The position numbers and the translations under genes were made by a program. The notes beneath the pieces are model-generated. The model had not been told where the DNA came from and ran no database searches. It worked only from the letters and a program-made list of their open reading frames with translations. A DNA stretch of 64,000 bases from an uncultured Gammaproteobacteria bacterium (GTDB lineage: Bacteria > Patescibacteriota > Patescibacteriia > Veblenbacterales > UBA10138). The stretch covers positions 102,276-166,275 of the forward strand of contig CAYVOI010000001.1 in the NCBI GenBank assembly GCA_964453605.1, written 5' to 3'. Every line of letters starts with the position of its first letter. Positions within the stretch are counted from its first letter, which is position 1. Below are positions 49,148-58,856 of the stretch, piece after piece.

Positions 49148-49230
49148 AGCCCTGTTTGTGTTAATGTAAAGTACGCTCTAAATTACAAGGAGAGGTCTTG
49201 TAACAGGCTTACATATAACGTTTCCCGAGC

Positions 49231-49315
49231 GGAGGGATCGCATAGTGGTCTAGTGCGCACGCTTGGAAAGCGTGTGTACCGAAAGGTACCGAGGGTTCGA
49301 ATCCCTCTCCCTCCG
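49231..49315 (+). tRNA. tRNA-Ser (anticodon GGA), type II
   Basis: GGAGGGA-TC-GCAT-AGTGGTCTA-GTGC-G-CACGC-TTGGAAA-GCGTG-TGTACCGAAAGGTACC-GAGGG-TTCGAAT-CCCTC-TCCCTCC-G. CCA is not encoded. A terminator-like hairpin CCCCAAAGT...ACTTTGGGG lies downstream. Confidence 0.8.
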
Positions 49316-49362
49316 CTCGAGAAGGGTTAGAATCTTTACCCCAAAGTGAGCTATGCTCTACT

Positions 49363-49917
49363 TTGGGGCCTTCCTCTCCGCCATCAGTCCTTATGCAAGG
49401 AAAATTAGAAGAGTACTCGTCAGAATGGTTGAAGAAATATGAGCTCGAGGCTAACAAGATACAAGCTAGTTTAGGTAGTGCTATAAAAGATATTCAGCAT
49501 ATTGGGAGTACATCTATTCCGGGCGCTATTGCTAAACCGTTAATAGACATTGGCGTGCTAGTTGATTCGATAGATGATATTGACCTGTTCGTAAATAAAC
49601 TAGAATCGCTCGGATATTCATATAAGCCAGACATGTCTTCGGTTGAGCGAATTTTCCTTCGAAAGGGTAAACCCGTTGAGTATCATTTATCCATCGCTTG
49701 TCCTAAGCATACATTTTGGAGGCGCCAAATTTCTTTTAGAGATTACCTAAGATTACGCCCGGAATTTGTTGAAGAATATAATAAGTTAAAGCTAAAAAAT
49801 TTTGATGCAACGTCGCCAGATGATTTTACAGATCTCTCAAAAAGTAAAACCTATAACCAAGGGAAGGGGGGATTCGTTGAGAAAATCTTAAAACTTGCCA
49901 AGGCAGATCGTATGTAA
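49363..49917 (+). CDS. GrpB-family (UPF0157, nucleotidyltransferase-like) protein in a low-GC islet
   Basis: IQHIGSTSIPGAIAKPLIDIGVLV matches the GrpB core (HIGSTS.PG..AKP.IDI). Lower GC than the flanks. Probable start at MQGKLEEY (about 49393). Confidence 0.65.
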   Translation: MGPSSPPSVLMQGKLEEYSSEWLKKYELEANKIQASLGSAIKDIQHIGSTSIPGAIAKPLIDIGVLVDSIDDIDLFVNKLESLGYSYKPDMSSVERIFLRKGKPVEYHLSIACPKHTFWRRQISFRDYLRLRPEFVEEYNKLKLKNFDATSPDDFTDLSKSKTYNQGKGGFVEKILKLAKADRM

Positions 49918-49972
49918 ACAAGGTCCGACTTGGCTTATCCGAGTTGTCTGAAGATGTATAGCAATAAACAAT

Positions 49973-50383
49973 ATGAAATTTTTTGAGAGAAACTTTTGGC
50001 GGGGAGAGGATGAAACCGGGGTAAGAGAATTACATCGGGATTTTAAAATTCACGACGGTTCTTGGTACCACAATCGTTATTACGACTCCTTTGTTGATAA
50101 AGGAACAGCCATGAAAATCAGGTTCTCTTTCGACGACCCGTCGCTTTTGGATAATTGCCCATTTATTGCAAAAATAGGATTGAACGGGGATTCTAATGTT
50201 GGTGGTAAGTACATAGGTTTTGCTTATGGCCGAAACACTGATCAAGAAGCATTAATGTTGTGGGCTCAAAAATTCAATTTTGCAGAGCTAATAGTCGGAC
50301 TCGATGAGAACGCTGTTTCGACTCCTGATAGTAAAGTAATTCCGATAAAACAAAAGAACGCTGAAGAAGGGAAACACCCATGA
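49973..50383 (+). CDS. hypothetical protein (low-GC islet, second gene)
   Basis: 136 aa and AT-rich. No motif. Confidence 0.4.
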   Translation: MKFFERNFWRGEDETGVRELHRDFKIHDGSWYHNRYYDSFVDKGTAMKIRFSFDDPSLLDNCPFIAKIGLNGDSNVGGKYIGFAYGRNTDQEALMLWAQKFNFAELIVGLDENAVSTPDSKVIPIKQKNAEEGKHP

Positions 50384-50400
50384 TCCATGATTAAAAGCCT

Positions 50401-52182
50401 ATGTCAAATGAAGTAGACCAAATTAAGGCCCGGCTCGACGTGGTGGATGTTATAGGTGAGTATGTGAAACTGAAGCAGGCCGGCGTTAACTGGAAGGGCA
50501 TGTGCCCGTTCCACCACGAAAAGAGCCCGAGCTTCATGGTGCACCGTGAAAAGCAGATTTGGCACTGCTTTGGCTGCGGCGAGGGTGGCGATGTGTTTTC
50601 ATTTGTGCAGAAAATTGAGCACATAGAATTTCCAGAAGCACTGGAACTGTTAGCGCGTAAGGCGCACGTGGAGTTGGTACGCTCCGGCCGACCAGGCGAG
50701 TCGAACCAGCGCATGAGGTTGTTCCAGCTCGTTGACCTTGCCCGTACTTTTTTCACTGAGCAGCTGCAAAAAAATCCCGTGGCCGCCAAAGCGCGAGACT
50801 ACCTTAAACAGCGCAGTGTAACAACCGAGAGTGTTGCCACCTTCAACATTGGTTACTCCTTGCCAGAGTGGGACAAGTTTATTGTGCTGGCGCGTTCAAA
50901 GGGTTACTCAGTGGAGGAGTTGGTGGCAGCGGGGCTTGCCATAAAGAGTGACCGGGGCCCAGGAGCCTATGACCGCTTCCGCGACCGGCTTATGTTCCCC
51001 ATTTCCGACGCTCAAGGACGAAGTTTAGGTTTTGGTGGGCGCACCTTAGACGCCGAAGCGAAGGAAGCCAAGTATATTAACTCACCCCAGAGCCCCATTT
51101 ACAACAAGAGCATGGTGGTCTACAACCTGGACCGCGCCAAGCAGTTTATAAAAGACGCTGGCCATGTTGTTTTGGTGGAAGGGTACATGGACGTAGTGGG
51201 GAGCTGGCAGGCGGGAGTAAAAAATGTGGTGGCCACCTCGGGCACCGCGCTCACCTTGGACCAGCTCAAACTGTTAAAGCGCTACACTAATGAGCTCCGG
51301 CTGGCGTTTGACGCAGACTTAGCTGGCCGCTCCGCTTCGGAGCGCGGCATAGACCTAGCACTCGGGCTGGAGTTTGAGGTTAAGGTTATAGTGCTGCCCT
51401 TTGGTAAAGACCCCGACGAGTGCGCGCGCCAAGACGCGGCTGCGTACCGTAAGGCAGTTGAGCAAGCACTCCCCTTGGGTGATTACGCGTTCCAAAGTGT
51501 CGCCCGCGAAGTTGACTTTGGCACGCGTGAGGGGAAAAAGGTAGCGGCGCGCAAGCTCCTTACTGCCATAGCGAAACTGCCTGACCCGGTAGAAAGGGAC
51601 TACTACGTTAAACGGTTAGCCCAAGAGCTCTCGGTAGACGAACGTTCTCTGCGCGAGCGCCTAGCAGGTGTGGCCACGGTTCCTGTACCTACACCAGAGG
51701 CACCGTCAAGCCAAACTGCTGCCCCAAGCCCAGACCGGCACCAGGTACTTTCGCACCGGCTGCTCTCGCTGCTGCTTCACTACCCAGCTTTTTTGGCTGA
51801 GCTCAGCCCGGAACTCTTGCCCGAAGCCCTCAGTGAGGGGCACCCGCGTAACCTTTACAAGCAAATGCTCGTCTATTATAATGAGAGCCATCGTGTTGAC
51901 TTCGATGAATTAAAGGCCGAGCTGAATACTGATCAGTCGTTAGCTCATTTCTTAGATCAGGTATTCCTCGATTTTGACCAGACAGGTAGCGACTTTACAC
52001 CCGACCAAGCCAAGGGTGAGCTTGCCAGTCTGGTGCACCAGCTTAAGCACCGCTTCCTCAGCCTAGAGCTGCAGCAGCTGAGCAGCTTAATTGTAGCCGC
52101 CGAGGCGGCCGGTAGGGCCGAGGAGCTTGCTGAACTACTCCAGCGGTTTACCGAGGTTGGCCGTGCACTTGCTCGCTTGTAA
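50401..52182 (+). CDS. dnaG: DNA primase
   Basis: CHC2 zinc finger [47 protein letters not shown]-terminal helicase-interaction domain. Confidence 0.9.
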   Translation: MSNEVDQIKARLDVVDVIGEYVKLKQAGVNWKGMCPFHHEKSPSFMVHREKQIWHCFGCGEGGDVFSFVQKIEHIEFPEALELLARKAHVELVRSGRPGESNQRMRLFQLVDLARTFFTEQLQKNPVAAKARDYLKQRSVTTESVATFNIGYSLPEWDKFIVLARSKGYSVEELVAAGLAIKSDRGPGAYDRFRDRLMFPISDAQGRSLGFGGRTLDAEAKEAKYINSPQSPIYNKSMVVYNLDRAKQFIKDAGHVVLVEGYMDVVGSWQAGVKNVVATSGTALTLDQLKLLKRYTNELRLAFDADLAGRSASERGIDLALGLEFEVKVIVLPFGKDPDECARQDAAAYRKAVEQALPLGDYAFQSVAREVDFGTREGKKVAARKLLTAIAKLPDPVERDYYVKRLAQELSVDERSLRERLAGVATVPVPTPEAPSSQTAAPSPDRHQVLSHRLLSLLLHYPAFLAELSPELLPEALSEGHPRNLYKQMLVYYNESHRVDFDELKAELNTDQSLAHFLDQVFLDFDQTGSDFTPDQAKGELASLVHQLKHRFLSLELQQLSSLIVAAEAAGRAEELAELLQRFTEVGRALARL

Positions 52183-52198
52183 GTTGATTTTCTCAACC

Positions 52199-53401
52199 AT
52201 GCCTAAAAAATCAGTTCGCAAAAAGCCAAAAGCTACTTCTGCTCGGCGTTTGAGTAAACGGGCCAAGGCGAAACCTGCCCGACGGGCAGCCAAGAAGGGC
52301 AAGGTACAAACTCACCTACCCGACCTTGCCGAGGTGCAGAAGCTTATACAGAAGGGGCGCACCCGCGGCTTCATAACCGAAGACGAGGTTTTGGGTGTGT
52401 TTGTAGACGTTGAAGAGTACCCCGTAGCCTACGACGAGTTTTTGGACACCTTGGACCAGAACGGCATCCAAGTTTTGGAGACCGACGGTGGCATTTTAGA
52501 CGTGGGCGCCAAGCGTGACGAAATTTTTGAACGCGTGGGCTTGCCGACCGAGAAAAAACCCTACGATCTCTCCGAAATTTCCACCGACTCCATACAAATG
52601 TACCTTCGCGAAATTGGTAAGGTGCCGCTCTTGAAGGCCGAGGAGGAGGTAGCGCTCGCTAAGCGCAAAGAGAAGGGCGATGCCGAGGCCAAGCGCCGTT
52701 TGATTGAGGCCAACCTGAGGCTGGTGGTTTCCATTGCCAAGAAGTTCACGGGCAAGTCGCTCTCGCTCCTTGACCTTATACAAGAGGGCAACATCGGCAT
52801 GTTCCGCGCCGTGGAGAAGTTTGACTACCGCAAGGGTTACAAGTTTTCTACCTACGCCACCTGGTGGATTCGCCAAGCCATAACCCGCGCCCTGGCTGAC
52901 CAGAGCCGCACCATTCGCATTCCCGTGCACATGGTGGAGACCATCAACCGCTTCCAGCAGGTGGAGCGTCAGCTCATTCAGGACTTGGGCCGGGAGCCGC
53001 TACCCGAGGAAATAGCCGCCGAAATGGGTGAAACGGTGGAAAAAATTCACCACATTATAAAAATCAGTCAAGAAACTATCAGCCTTGAAACTTCAGTGGG
53101 TGAGGATGACGAAGACTCAACCCTGGGGGACTTTATTGAGGACATTAAAACCGTTAGCCCTGACCGCGTGGCCGCCATGCAGTTACTCCGCGATCACGTG
53201 AAAGAGATTGTAGCTGAGCTTACACCCCGGGAGCAGAAGATACTAGAAATGCGTTTTGGCCTACACGACGGCGTCTCCCATACTTTGGAAGAGGTAGGGC
53301 AGGAGTTCGGGGTTACCCGCGAGCGCATTCGCCAGATAGAGGCCAAGGCCCTGGAGCGTATTAAGGCGCACCTTGGCATGCGCAAGTTGCAAGATTACTA
53401 A
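52199..53401 (+). CDS. rpoD: RNA polymerase sigma factor RpoD (primary sigma70)
   Basis: Region 2 [40 protein letters not shown]. Region 4 [27 protein letters not shown]. Start placed at MPKKSV. Confidence 0.9.
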   Translation: MPKKSVRKKPKATSARRLSKRAKAKPARRAAKKGKVQTHLPDLAEVQKLIQKGRTRGFITEDEVLGVFVDVEEYPVAYDEFLDTLDQNGIQVLETDGGILDVGAKRDEIFERVGLPTEKKPYDLSEISTDSIQMYLREIGKVPLLKAEEEVALAKRKEKGDAEAKRRLIEANLRLVVSIAKKFTGKSLSLLDLIQEGNIGMFRAVEKFDYRKGYKFSTYATWWIRQAITRALADQSRTIRIPVHMVETINRFQQVERQLIQDLGREPLPEEIAAEMGETVEKIHHIIKISQETISLETSVGEDDEDSTLGDFIEDIKTVSPDRVAAMQLLRDHVKEIVAELTPREQKILEMRFGLHDGVSHTLEEVGQEFGVTRERIRQIEAKALERIKAHLGMRKLQDY

Positions 53402-53407
53402 GGTTGG

Positions 53408-54307
53408 ATGTCGTACGAAAAAGAGCTTAAACTCGCACTCAGGCTCGCCCGACAGGCGAGCCGTTTGACTCTGAAATTCCGGGCTAAGAAATACCGTGTA
53501 CAGTATAAACAAGGTCATTCTCCAGTAACGGTAGCAGACCGCGCCGTAGAGTCTTTGTACGTACGGGGGATTAGGGCAGAGTTCCCCCATGACCGTATAC
53601 TTGGTGAAGAGCACGGTAATCAAAAAGGTAAACCCGGCCGATTTTGGAGTGTAGACCCTATAGACGGCACGGCCGAGTTTATTAGGCCGGGTGGTCATTT
53701 TTCAACGATGATCGCGCTTGTGGTGAGTGGTAAACCAGTACTAGGTGTGATAGCAGCCCCTACCTCTGGTAAGGTTTACTATGCCGTTCGAGGTGAAGGC
53801 GCGTACTTCATTTCGGGTTCTCGCCGCCGCAAGTTAAGCGTACGGCGTAGTGCCAAAAGTATTCACGTTGCTGTGTTCAATAGATCGGTGCATCAAGCTA
53901 CTCAGTCGGAGTACGTGGCTAAAATTCGTGCCCTGGTAGGGCCAAAGCGTACTGTGCCCATAAGTGGCGCTGGACTCATTTTGTGCGCTGTGGCTGAAGG
54001 AAAACTTGATGCAGGTTTAATACCCTACCTTAACATGGGTATTTGGGATGTACTCCCCGGCGAGGTTATTGTTTCTGAAGCCGGAGGTGTTGTGAGAAAT
54101 TGTTTGGGTGGTGTATATAAGCCCCGCTGGGGAGCCTCAGCTGTTCGCTTGGGTGTGGTAGTGGCAAACAAGGTGCTCCTAACAAAAATAGTATCTGAGC
54201 TCCGGCGAGGGGGAGTAGTAAAGCTGCTGCATCAAGAGGCTGAACGCCGCCGTAGGACCATCGAGCTAACTGACAAACACCTTGCCAGGCGTGTCAGGAT
54301 AGTTTAG
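53408..54307 (+). CDS. inositol monophosphatase/CysQ-family phosphatase
   Basis: Metal-binding blocks ILGEEHG and WSVDPIDGTAEFI, and the C-terminal WD motif GIWDV. Confidence 0.7.
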   Translation: MSYEKELKLALRLARQASRLTLKFRAKKYRVQYKQGHSPVTVADRAVESLYVRGIRAEFPHDRILGEEHGNQKGKPGRFWSVDPIDGTAEFIRPGGHFSTMIALVVSGKPVLGVIAAPTSGKVYYAVRGEGAYFISGSRRRKLSVRRSAKSIHVAVFNRSVHQATQSEYVAKIRALVGPKRTVPISGAGLILCAVAEGKLDAGLIPYLNMGIWDVLPGEVIVSEAGGVVRNCLGGVYKPRWGASAVRLGVVVANKVLLTKIVSELRRGGVVKLLHQEAERRRRTIELTDKHLARRVRIV

Positions 54308-54343
54308 GATACGAGAGCGTTCCTAGGGGAACGTCCTTTGATA

Positions 54344-54359
54344 ATCCGGGGTAGTCCGC
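54344..54359. terminator. palindromic GC hairpin after the phosphatase gene
   Basis: GTCCGCCGCGGCGGAC is a perfect palindrome. The downstream T-richness is weak. Confidence 0.4.
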
Positions 54360-54381
54360 CGCGGCGGACAGTGGACTGTTT

Positions 54382-54627
54382 ATGTATTTTGTTTACGTTT
54401 TACGAAGTAAATTTGGTAAACTTTATATTGGCCACACGAATAATTTAGAGCGCCGGGTGGCCGAGCATAACCTAGGATTCTCGCGGTATACTTCGAGAGT
54501 CGCAGGCCCGTGGGCATTGGTCTATAAGGAGCCATTTAATACCAGAAGTGGGGCTATGAAACGTGAACGTGAGTTGAAAACTGGTAAGGGTAGAGATTAC
54601 TTGAAAAATTTTTTACACATATGTTAA
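54382..54627 (+). CDS. GIY-YIG nuclease-family small protein
   Basis: MYFVYVLRSKFGKLYIGHTNNLERRVAEHN matches the GIY-x10-YIG...R...H core. 81 aa. Confidence 0.65.
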   Translation: MYFVYVLRSKFGKLYIGHTNNLERRVAEHNLGFSRYTSRVAGPWALVYKEPFNTRSGAMKRERELKTGKGRDYLKNFLHIC

Positions 54628-54639
54628 CCCCAGCACTGC

Positions 54640-54711
54640 TCCGGGGTAGCTCAGTGGTAGAGCAATCGGCTGTTAACCGATTGGCCGTGGGTTCGAATCC
54701 CACCCCCGGAG
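54640..54711 (+). tRNA. tRNA-Asn (anticodon GTT)
   Basis: TCCGGGG-TA-GCTC-AGTGGTA-GAGC-A-ATCGG-CTGTTAA-CCGAT-TGGCC-GTGGG-TTCGAAT-CCCAC-CCCCGGA-G. U1-A72 and G73 as in enterobacterial tRNA-Asn. The flanks extend the acceptor stem into a perfect 19-bp inverted repeat. Confidence 0.85.
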
Positions 54712-54757
54712 CAGTGCTGGGGTTGTTGACCTCAGGGTAGAGTCCGCCATAGGCGGA

Positions 54758-56395
54758 TTAATCCATTGGTCGTGGGTTCGAATCCCACCCCCGGAGCCAT
54801 CGTGTACGAACCGCGTTGAGAGACGCGGTTTGTGCTTTATTTATCGGCGTTTTCGCCGGTTCTAACCTCTTGTACTCAAACTCGAGCTTAGGATAGCGTT
54901 TTTCGATTGGTGCTAGCAGTTCATTGGCTGTAATCGCGAATTTTCCATCCTTTAGCGTTGGGTTCGAACCTAATAGCAGCAGTATCTCGCGCTTCTTACG
55001 CAGGTCATCGCCCTCAAACTCGCGCTTCGCACTGGCTGCGAAGTTGAAGGTTTGCTCGCACACGCTGAGCCACTTGTCCGCTCGGTCTTCAGTGGAATTA
55101 GCTAATGCCTTGAACTTTTCAATCTCGGTATTCAGGCGATCTCGCTCTTTTAGGTACTCTTCGTCCGAGAGCAGGCCCTTGCAGCGCAGGCGCACCAGCT
55201 CGTCGCGCTGCTGATAGGCCGAGGCCAGGGCTTTCTGCTGCGAGTCGTAGATTTTCTTGCGTTCTTCCGTTTCCTGGCCGTGGTTTTTATGTATGGCCTC
55301 AATAGCCCAATCCCCGAACTCCGGCAGAATGGTGTATTTTGCCAACTCGTCCGCGATTTGCTCCTCTAGTTTATCTTGCGTAATACACTGGTGTTGTGAG
55401 CAGGGTGGTTCGATTTTCCTCCAGGTGCAGTGGTAGTAGGTGTAGGATTTGAGCTGGCCGGTGGCCTTGATGTGTTTTGTCTTGGTTTCGGCCGTAATCA
55501 AGCAGCCGCACTCACCGCAGCGGATAATGCCGGTAAAAGGGAACTCATGCCGGTGCGGCCGGGCTTGTGACGGTCGTCCGAGGATGCGCTGGGCTTCATA
55601 GAACTCACCTTCAGTCACCATAGGCTTGTGTTTGCCTGGGTACCGCTTGCCGTTGACCTCCAGCACGCCCATATAGAAACTGTTACTGAAGATGCGGTAT
55701 AGTCCGCTCAGCGACAGCGGCCGGTTGCCGACCTTATGCCGCTGTTGCGTCCTGAACCCCCACTGGTTGTTTGCCATGCCGAGTATCTGTTTAGGCGAGT
55801 GCGCGCCCGTTAGTAACAAGTCCCACATCTTACGTACCAATGGAAACCGCTCTGGGTCGATGTCGATAGTCTTCTGGCCCTTCTGTTGGTCGGTGCGGTT
55901 CAGGTACCCTATGTTGGCCACGCCGGGCTTCCAGCCCATGGATAGCTTTTTATCAAGCCCTCGCTTCACGTCCTTGCTGAGTTTGGCCGAGGAGTACTGC
56001 GACTGCGACAGCGCCAGCTGCAGCATCATGATGCCCTCAGGCGAGTTATCAAAATGGTACGAGGCGAACTTGAGATCCTTGAGGTGGCCCGTGCGCAGCA
56101 TGTAGGTGATAGTGGCTGCCTCTATCTCATTACGAGACAATCGATCCGGGTGCCACGCTACGATGCCTTGTGCCTCGCCTTTGTTGATCCGTTCAATCAT
56201 AGCGGCGAACACCGGCCGGTTGTGGGGCGTAAAGGCACTGCGGCTTTCCTCCAGCACGTCTACTATCTCTAGGTTGCCGAACAGCTTTTCGGCCTGGTCT
56301 TTTTGCGACTCGATTGATAACACCTGCCGTTCCGCCTCCTCAGAGGACTTACGGGCGTACAGGAAGTATTTAACCATTGGTTCGCTCATACTCAT
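54758..56395 (-). CDS. large serine recombinase (resolvase/invertase N-terminal domain, recombinase domain, zinc ribbon, coiled coil)
   Basis: Catalytic YARKSSEEAERQVLSIESQ, WHPDRLSRN, and zinc ribbon CGECGC...YYHC. The C-terminal 14 codons read through the tRNA-fragment repeat (…GWDSNPRP). Confidence 0.8.
   Translation of the reverse strand: MSMSEPMVKYFLYARKSSEEAERQVLSIESQKDQAEKLFGNLEIVDVLEESRSAFTPHNRPVFAAMIERINKGEAQGIVAWHPDRLSRNEIEAATITYMLRTGHLKDLKFASYHFDNSPEGIMMLQLALSQSQYSSAKLSKDVKRGLDKKLSMGWKPGVANIGYLNRTDQQKGQKTIDIDPERFPLVRKMWDLLLTGAHSPKQILGMANNQWGFRTQQRHKVGNRPLSLSGLYRIFSNSFYMGVLEVNGKRYPGKHKPMVTEGEFYEAQRILGRPSQARPHRHEFPFTGIIRCGECGCLITAETKTKHIKATGQLKSYTYYHCTWRKIEPPCSQHQCITQDKLEEQIADELAKYTILPEFGDWAIEAIHKNHGQETEERKKIYDSQQKALASAYQQRDELVRLRCKGLLSDEEYLKERDRLNTEIEKFKALANSTEDRADKWLSVCEQTFNFAASAKREFEGDDLRKKREILLLLGSNPTLKDGKFAITANELLAPIEKRYPKLEFEYKRLEPAKTPINKAQTASLNAVRTRWLRGWDSNPRPMD
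54766..54799 (+). repeat. duplicated 3' fragment of tRNA-Asn (variable region through CCA); no 5' acceptor strand; candidate att remnant
   Basis: TGGTCGTGGGTTCGAATCCCACCCCCGGAGCCA compared with the tRNA's TGGCCGTGGGTTCGAATCCCACCCCCGGAGCAG. The upstream sequence cannot form D or anticodon arms. Confidence 0.5.
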
Positions 56396-56553
56396 GTCGG
56401 TTAATAATCAAAAGGGACGGCTCTGTGGTTGACCCAACGCACATCCCAGAGGAATGCTCTGTTGGCACAGAGACCGCCCCTTTCGAGGCAACAGAGCGCA
56501 AAAAACTCTGGGACATAGTTATGCGGAGGGTCAACATGGGTATTATAGTATGG

Positions 56554-56790
56554 TTAGACTAAGTTGACGAGCCGACCGGCTGCGACCCTGTGTTTATCTC
56601 GTATCGGTAGGATTATCACTCCGAGCCCACTGAGTGCTATGTCTGCCCCTAGGGTCTCAAGGCTCGGGTAGCTCTTCGTGCCTGCCAAGTAGAGCCCACT
56701 AGTTTTGTCGAACAGGACGACGCCAACGTCAGCGTCATTGCTGCCAACGAGGCCTTCGAGCTTTTTCAGCTTTAGCTTAGTAACTGACAT
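56554..56790 (-). CDS. hypothetical small protein
   Basis: 78 aa, same strand as the neighbours. No motif. Confidence 0.3.
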   Translation of the reverse strand: MSVTKLKLKKLEGLVGSNDADVGVVLFDKTSGLYLAGTKSYPSLETLGADIALSGLGVIILPIRDKHRVAAGRLVNLV

Positions 56791-56793
56791 ATG

Positions 56794-57162
56794 TTATTGC
56801 CTGAGTTTAAGAATCTTCTGCTCCAGGGCGTCGAAACGCTCCTCGAGCTCTGACAGCTCCAACGCTTTCAGGAGGTGTCCAGACAGGAATCCAATGGAGT
56901 TTGCCACCCTGAGGTCGAGGCTGCCCATCCGCACGCGGTTTACCGTATCCTCCAGCAGTTGTACCACGTCGCCGGACTTGTTGGCCGTGATAGGTGGCAG
57001 CGGCTCCTTCACCCTGGCACGGTTAGCTTGGCCGCCCTTAACATGAGCCGCATGTTTCATTTCCACCGATACGGCTGGGTTGTGGTAGAAGCAGTAGTCA
57101 CTCCCCGTCATGGGACTGGCACCACACGGCTCACCATCGTCTTTTAGCTGTTTACACGTCAT
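56794..57162 (-). CDS. hypothetical protein with N-terminal Cys4-like zinc-ribbon
   Basis: CKQLKDDGEPCGASPMTGSDYCFYHNP. Confidence 0.35.
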   Translation of the reverse strand: MTCKQLKDDGEPCGASPMTGSDYCFYHNPAVSVEMKHAAHVKGGQANRARVKEPLPPITANKSGDVVQLLEDTVNRVRMGSLDLRVANSIGFLSGHLLKALELSELEERFDALEQKILKLRQ

Positions 57163-57171
57163 AGTGTTGAC

Positions 57172-58524
57172 CTAGTTAGCTTGGGGTACACCCACTTTAC
57201 CTTTGTACCCCCAAAAAGGCAGTCCGTTAGCTGAATCGGCGGTTTGCCCAGCTTCGTTTGACTCAGTTGGAGTTGCTACCCCACCCTCGCCACCACTATT
57301 GTTTTCTGGCGTAGATATAGTGGTTGGCACAGTGGGGTAAATGAGCCTTTTGCGCTTGTCGGTGGGGTCGTCTTCCTGGGTGATAAGCCCGGCCGTCTCC
57401 AGCATGGGTATGATTTGCTGTCTGAGCTGCTGGCTGTCGAGCATCCGGCCGTACACCCCGTGGTGCTTCTCCAGCACCTCCTGGCGGGTGAGGCCCTGGT
57501 TTTCCACCCCGGGAGCCTGCTTCGCTTCCCAGGCCACGAGGATGACTTCGCGGTACAGCTGGTACACGTAGGGCGGCAGGTTGAGTTCCTGGCTTTCTGA
57601 AATGCTGTCCCAGATGCGAAAGCCGTCAGCCACGTCTTGCTCGCTGGCCGTAATGGTGAACTCCGAGCGTTCCCGCCACCACAGGTTCAGGAGGGCCAAA
57701 GCCTTGATAATCGAGATGAGCCGGCTAATGTCGCGCTGGTGCCTAGGTTTTAGCATCCTGGCTTGCCCCATGAACCGCTCGGCTATAACTTCAGGCAACT
57801 TCAGCTTGATTTCCTCTATGCCAGCGTCCCTGATGGCTTGTATGCGCTCCTGTAGCAGCTTACGGGCCGGGTCAGCCGCGAGCCAGGCTAGGTAGGCGTC
57901 GCGGTCGGCCTCTTTGCGCACCTTTTCGCTGATGCCCTGCCTGAGCTTGTCCTGGTTCACCTCTGGGCTTAAGAGCAGGAACCGGGTGGCCTCCTGTTCG
58001 TCGATTTTGAGCCCGGCGGTGCAGAATATCACGGCCGGGTACCCCTTCAGGACCACGTTCTTGGTCCTTAGGCCGTACTTTTGGTTCTTGTCCGTGATTT
58101 TGAGGCGCACCTCCTTCTTGTCGTGCGACAGGAGCGGTCGCAGACGCTCCAGCAGTTGGGTGTGGGGCTGGTCAAGGAAAATGAGCACCTTGCGCGACAG
58201 GTCAACCACGTACCCACCTAGTTCTTTGTTGTACTCCCCCGTGTCGTGGAAAAAAGCCGTGGGTGAACAGTACCCTATCTCCTTAACGTCCTCAGCTGGG
58301 AACAGCCGGGCGACCTCGGTTGGGATGTACGATTTACCTGTTGAGGAAGGGGCGTTATAGCTGATGTTGAACTGGGCATTATCGGTATACGCCGACAGCT
58401 CGCACAGGAACGTTACCACCTTGTTCTGCTCATCCTGCTTAATGGTGAGGCCGAGGATTTGAGCCAGCTCTTCAACGCTCAAGGGCTGGAACTGGTTAGT
58501 CTGTTCGTCGGTTGTCATACTCAT
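57172..58524 (-). CDS. P-loop NTPase, putative replication initiator/helicase-like protein of the element
   Basis: Walker A YNAPSSTGKSY. Walker B-like VLIFLDQP. C-terminal winged-helix-like region. Architecture similar to plasmid/phage replication NTPases. Family not resolved. Confidence 0.4.
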   Translation of the reverse strand: MSMTTDEQTNQFQPLSVEELAQILGLTIKQDEQNKVVTFLCELSAYTDNAQFNISYNAPSSTGKSYIPTEVARLFPAEDVKEIGYCSPTAFFHDTGEYNKELGGYVVDLSRKVLIFLDQPHTQLLERLRPLLSHDKKEVRLKITDKNQKYGLRTKNVVLKGYPAVIFCTAGLKIDEQEATRFLLLSPEVNQDKLRQGISEKVRKEADRDAYLAWLAADPARKLLQERIQAIRDAGIEEIKLKLPEVIAERFMGQARMLKPRHQRDISRLISIIKALALLNLWWRERSEFTITASEQDVADGFRIWDSISESQELNLPPYVYQLYREVILVAWEAKQAPGVENQGLTRQEVLEKHHGVYGRMLDSQQLRQQIIPMLETAGLITQEDDPTDKRKRLIYPTVPTTISTPENNSGGEGGVATPTESNEAGQTADSANGLPFWGYKGKVGVPQAN

Positions 58525-58705
58525 TTTGGTTAATGGTTTTGAACTTAAGGTGGTGTTCGAACTCCTTCTGCAGCAGCCTGAAGCGGTTCTGCGCCTCGGC
58601 CAACTGCCACCTCAGGTCGCTGATGTGGTCGAGCACGGCGTTGATGTCATCGGCTATTTGGCTAGCTTTACGCATGAGGTTGGGGTGATAATGGTAATTG
58701 GGCAA
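58496..58705 (-). CDS. small hypothetical protein
   Basis: 69 aa, overlaps neighbours by a few codons. Confidence 0.3.
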   Translation of the reverse strand: MPNYHYHPNLMRKASQIADDINAVLDHISDLRWQLAEAQNRFRLLQKEFEHHLKFKTINQNEYDNRRTD

Positions 58706-58856
58706 GGTCGGCTTCGGTAATAGGCTGGTATATGAGCTGCATCAAACGAACCAGCTTAGTGCCCTGCTCCAACGCCTGTTCACGGCTAATCTCACGGCCG
58801 AAGCGGGCGTGGTATAACTTTTGAAAAGCGGCGATTTGTTCGTCCGATAGGTGCAT
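58668..58856 (-). CDS. small hypothetical protein (possible regulator)
   Basis: 62 aa and helical. Preceded by a bidirectional hairpin. Confidence 0.3.
   Translation of the reverse strand: MHLSDEQIAAFQKLYHARFGREISREQALEQGTKLVRLMQLIYQPITEADLAQLPLSPQPHA

Noticed and set aside
52127-52198. N-terminal extension of rpoD from the track ([13 protein letters not shown]...)
   Set aside because: It overlaps the end of dnaG. The ATG at 52199 (MPKKSV...) gives the usual Lys-rich sigma70 N-terminus.
54728-54799. A second functional tRNA gene right after tRNA-Asn
   Set aside because: Only the variable, T-arm, acceptor-3' and CCA portion is present. There is no complementary 5' acceptor strand, no D arm, and the anticodon region folds as two small unrelated hairpins. 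It is treated as a fragment or att remnant.
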